DNA of 64,000 nt from Bacillota bacterium (GTDB lineage: Bacteria; Bacillota; Limnochordia; DTU080). The DNA is taken from assembly GCA_012840225.1 (NCBI GenBank), contig DULU01000088.1:6895-70894 (forward strand). Reading direction: 5' to 3'. Positions 60,706-64,000 of this stretch are shown one piece after another. The notes beneath the pieces were generated by a model, which was not told where the DNA came from, searched no databases, and saw only the letters and a program-made list of their open reading frames with translations. The stretch's first letter is position 1. Each line of letters begins with the position of its first letter. The position numbers and the translations under genes are program-made.

Positions 60706-62004
60706 TCACAGCAAATCAAATCCTCGGCTAGGTCGGCGCGCTCGGCGTACGAGCAATCCGGCCGGATAGCCATATCCTGTAGCAAAGTTGAAGCCGTACA
60801 TATAAACCATCACAGGCGCATCAGCAGTTACTGTGTGTTCACCGGGTCCCACTTCCAGCGCAACCCACATATGATTGCTGTTCGGCATCGCAGCAAAACC
60901 ATCTACCGGTGCGCCATCCAAAGCCACGTTGGTTCCGGGGGGCGCCACTATATTGATATAGTTCATTGAATATTCAGGTATGCTAAAAAAGCGGTGTTCC
61001 GTCAGAAAGCGGTTGGTAGGAATGATCTGCATGAAAAAAGGGTCCCGATCGTTGTTCGGAGGCGGATTGAGCCCACCGCTGCCATACTGCCCGACATATA
61101 TCCGCCTATTGCTGGTTACATGTACCGGAAGGCTGTAAATGCTATCGAATACCTCGCCTGCGTTGAGGGTTACGATCATTGGGTCAATGCCGTCATCCAG
61201 CCTGACAATGGTGTTGTCCTTGATGGCCAGCACACGCACCAAATTGGCTGTCCCGTTTTGCAAAGGCGGAATCAAGTAGTCTATTCCCAACAAAGATGTA
61301 GGGATGAGCTGCTCCGCCAAATAGTCGCATGACATTATGGTTGGAGGTATATCAGCGCAGCGGTTTCCGCCATATATGGCAATGGGCTTATTGGCAGTGA
61401 CGATAGTGCCTGTGGTGTCGCCTTTATGGCCGCAGGCATACTGCCATGTTTGCCCTTGGTTCAGCGTAATGTGAATCGGTTCCCCGGTCTGGCTGCCTGA
61501 TAAGCTGACACAGCTGGGAATCACTGTTATACTTGTACCGTCTTCCGTGGCTACTATTGTCATTTGGCTTGGAGCTAAGTCCGGATCTACTCCTCTATCG
61601 CTGATGTCTTCACGGTAGGCCAACGTCGCCAACGGCTGATGTGCCGTAAGCGGCAGACTGGCCAGAGCAGCCACCGGCAGCGCCAGATAGGCTTCAGTCG
61701 AGGTAGTAGGCAGCTCGGGACTGTAAAAAACTACAGTGACCGGATGGCTGGCAGTTACCCGAATCCCTTTGTCCTCGATAACCTCATTAGAGCGTATTGC
61801 TGCTTGCGACGGAATTGTGACCAAACCTGGACTGCCGGGCGAAGCAGTACCTGCCACATTAAACGCCAAACCGGGAATAGCCACCTCAAAGTCGGTGTTG
61901 GCCATGTCTGCCATAATAACGATCTGCCCATTGTCGTCGTTATCGAAGTTGCCGGGATAGGCCAACCAAAACAATGTACCTTTATGAGTGATGTTGTCGG
62001 CCAT
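60706..62004 (-). CDS. IgGFc-binding-domain protein
   Basis: KGTLFWLAY, AYLALPV, GTIVTANKPIAIYGGNRC, CDYLAEQLIP, YGYPAG motifs of the IgGFc_binding N-terminal domain; RBS AGGAGTG. Confidence 0.8.
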   Translation of the reverse strand: MADNITHKGTLFWLAYPGNFDNDDNGQIVIMADMANTDFEVAIPGLAFNVAGTASPGSPGLVTIPSQAAIRSNEVIEDKGIRVTASHPVTVVFYSPELPTTSTEAYLALPVAALASLPLTAHQPLATLAYREDISDRGVDPDLAPSQMTIVATEDGTSITVIPSCVSLSGSQTGEPIHITLNQGQTWQYACGHKGDTTGTIVTANKPIAIYGGNRCADIPPTIMSCDYLAEQLIPTSLLGIDYLIPPLQNGTANLVRVLAIKDNTIVRLDDGIDPMIVTLNAGEVFDSIYSLPVHVTSNRRIYVGQYGSGGLNPPPNNDRDPFFMQIIPTNRFLTEHRFFSIPEYSMNYINIVAPPGTNVALDGAPVDGFAAMPNSNHMWVALEVGPGEHTVTADAPVMVYMYGFNFATGYGYPAGLLVRRARRPSRGFDLL

Positions 62005-62198
62005 TTTTAATCACTCCTGTTGCCAGGCAAGAGATAAATAAGATAATATCTAGGATATGTCTACCTGGTGCGAAGGCCATGAGAACAATTTCCGCTTTTA
62101 CGGTTTTTATCCATATATACAAATAGAGGCTGCCCCAATTGAGCCTCTGGGACAGCCCCGTACACAATTCTCAGGAGCGCCGAACTACGGCTGCATCT

Positions 62199-64000
62199 TT
62201 AGCCGGCGGCGCTTTGCGAGAGCACATAGCCGAATTGACTGTTATACAACTCGGCATAGAACCCGCCTTTGGCCAGCAGTTCCTCGTGCTTTCCTTTCTC
62301 CACCAGGCGGCCTTCGTTCATCACCAAAATAACATCGGCGTTTCTGATGGTGGAAAGGCGGTGGGCAATGACGAAACTGGTGCGCCCTTTCATCAGCTGC
62401 AGCATCACTTGCTGGATGCGCACCTCGGTGCGCGTGTCGACGTTGCTGGTGGCTTCGTCCAGAATCAGCATGGACGGATTGGCCAAAATGGCCCGGGCAA
62501 TACACAGCAACTGCTTTTGACCTTGTGAGATGTTGGAGACGTCTTCGTTCAGCACCGTGTCGTAACCGTTGGGCAGGGTGCGGATGAAGTTGTCCGCCCA
62601 GGCCGCTTTGGCAGCCGCCACGATCTCTTCGTCGGTGACATCGTCCCGGCCGTAGGCGATGTTCTCCCGAATGGTGCCGCTGAATAGCCAGGTGTCCTGC
62701 AACACCATCCCGAACATGCTGCGCAGATCGCCGCGGCGCAGATCGGCGATGTTGACACCGTCCACTGTGATGCGGCCCGCATCAACCTCATAAAAGCGCA
62801 TCAGCAGGTTGACCAGGGTCGTCTTACCCGCTCCTGTGGGACCGACAATGGCCACGGTCTGTCCCGGTTTGGCCACCAGGTTCATATCGCTGATCAGCGG
62901 TTCGTGTTTGTTGTAGGAGAAAGCCACGTTCTCAAAACGAATCTCGCCCTGCGGTGCAGCAATCACCTTGGCCTCCTGTGGGTCAGGTATCTCTTCTTCC
63001 TCGTCGAGCAATTCGAATACCCGCTCCGCCGAGGCCACGGTAGATTGCAGGATGTTGGCTATGCCGGCGATCTCCTGGATGGGCCGGGAAAACTGGCGGG
63101 AATACTGGATGAAAGCCTGCAGGTCGCCAATGGTCATCGCCCGGCGGGTGATCAACACGCTTCCCACCACGCAAATGACGACATAGTCGATGTTGTTCAC
63201 CAGCATCATCAGCGGCATGATCGTTCCGCTGATGAACTGCGCCCGCCAGCCGACGTCGCACAATCTGGAGTTGCTTTCCTCAAACTCGGCCACCGATTGC
63301 GCCTCCCGGCCAAAGGCCTTCACGACCATGTGACCGGTAAGCATCTCTTCCACATGGCCGTTCAATTGACCTAAGGTGCGCTGCTGTTGACGGAAGTATT
63401 CCCGTGAGCGCTTGATGATCGGCCTGGTGATGAAGAGGTTCAGCGACAGGGTGATCACGCAGAGCAGGGTGAGGATGGGGCTGATGGTGAGCATCATAAC
63501 GGTGACACCAATCAGCATGACGGTCGCGTCCATTATCTGGGTGATGCTCTGCTGCAATGTGCCGGCCAGGTTGTCGACGTCGTTGGTCACCCGGCTCAGA
63601 AGCTCACCGTGGGTGCGGCCGTCGAAAAAGCGCAGCGGTAGGCGCGACAGTTTCTTGCTCACCTGTTGGCGCAGTTCATATACAATACCCTGAGCCAAAC
63701 CGGCCATCAGATACTCCTGGGCATACCTCAACAAGGCGCTGCACACATACAACCCGCCCAGCATGAGCAGCACTTGCGCCAGGCGGGCGAAATCGATCGC
63801 CGCTCCGCTCTCGCCGTGCAAGCGGGCGGAGAAGCCTGTAGCCAAAATGTTGGTGGCCGTCCCCATCACCTTTGGCGTGAACACCGTGAACACCGAGCTG
63901 CCGACAGCCATACACAGCACGGCCAAGAGGCGCGGCCAGCGTGACTTGAGGTAGCGCACCAAGCGCCGCAGCGAGCCCTTGAAATCCTTAGCTTTCTCCA
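62199..64000 (-). CDS. ABC exporter, fused permease/ATPase (5'-partial)
   Basis: TM domain, GPTGAGKTT, ISQGQKQL, LDEATS, IAHRLSTI; the frame continues past the window end (EKAKDFKGSLRRL). Confidence 0.93.
   Translation of the reverse strand, partial: EKAKDFKGSLRRLVRYLKSRWPRLLAVLCMAVGSSVFTVFTPKVMGTATNILATGFSARLHGESGAAIDFARLAQVLLMLGGLYVCSALLRYAQEYLMAGLAQGIVYELRQQVSKKLSRLPLRFFDGRTHGELLSRVTNDVDNLAGTLQQSITQIMDATVMLIGVTVMMLTISPILTLLCVITLSLNLFITRPIIKRSREYFRQQQRTLGQLNGHVEEMLTGHMVVKAFGREAQSVAEFEESNSRLCDVGWRAQFISGTIMPLMMLVNNIDYVVICVVGSVLITRRAMTIGDLQAFIQYSRQFSRPIQEIAGIANILQSTVASAERVFELLDEEEEIPDPQEAKVIAAPQGEIRFENVAFSYNKHEPLISDMNLVAKPGQTVAIVGPTGAGKTTLVNLLMRFYEVDAGRITVDGVNIADLRRGDLRSMFGMVLQDTWLFSGTIRENIAYGRDDVTDEEIVAAAKAAWADNFIRTLPNGYDTVLNEDVSNISQGQKQLLCIARAILANPSMLILDEATSNVDTRTEVRIQQVMLQLMKGRTSFVIAHRLSTIRNADVILVMNEGRLVEKGKHEELLAKGGFYAELYNSQFGYVLSQSAAG

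Noticed and set aside
60485..60709. 74-aa ORF (MRFGAVAWFGAVAW...) as a real gene or ABC-F leader peptide
   Set aside because: Its periodicity is explained by the 18-bp tandem repeat; no recognisable domain and too long for a typical stalling peptide

Overview
Chromosomal core region of a GC-rich, endospore-forming Bacillota (Firmicutes) organism, possibly from a diderm lineage such as Limnochordia (inference). Gene order: murC (5'-partial); a five-gene helicase cluster with two paralogous YqhH-like SNF2 ATPase + YqhG-like pairs converging around an MrfA/Hrq1-type DUF1998 helicase; an orphan peptide-binding protein; tRNA-Ala(CGC); rimO-pgsA; a coiled-coil protein with a C-terminal TetR-like HTH; spoVT; a PAP2 phosphatase; an FtsH paralog; a class III aminotransferase; argS with a degenerate HIGH motif; DUF3084; dCMP deaminase; pncC-thpR-recA-recX-rny; spoVS; scpAB; ytfI-ytfJ; rluB; an aroH-hisC fusion, aroF, tyrA; cmk-plsC-rpsA; DUF1614-spoIIP-DUF3189-DUF512-der; spoIVA; hup; an orphan sugar-binding protein behind a repeat-rich intergenic element; hom-thrC-thrB-lysC; tRNA-Pro(GGG). 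A short accessory region follows with an IgGFc-binding-domain gene and its inverted remnant, a VmlR-like ABC-F whose C-terminal extension is frameshifted, and an ABC exporter running off the end. No CRISPR array, integrase or transposase was seen. The best candidate for an undescribed system is the helicase cluster at 1199-10199. All calls come from motif recognition by eye; no database searches were run.
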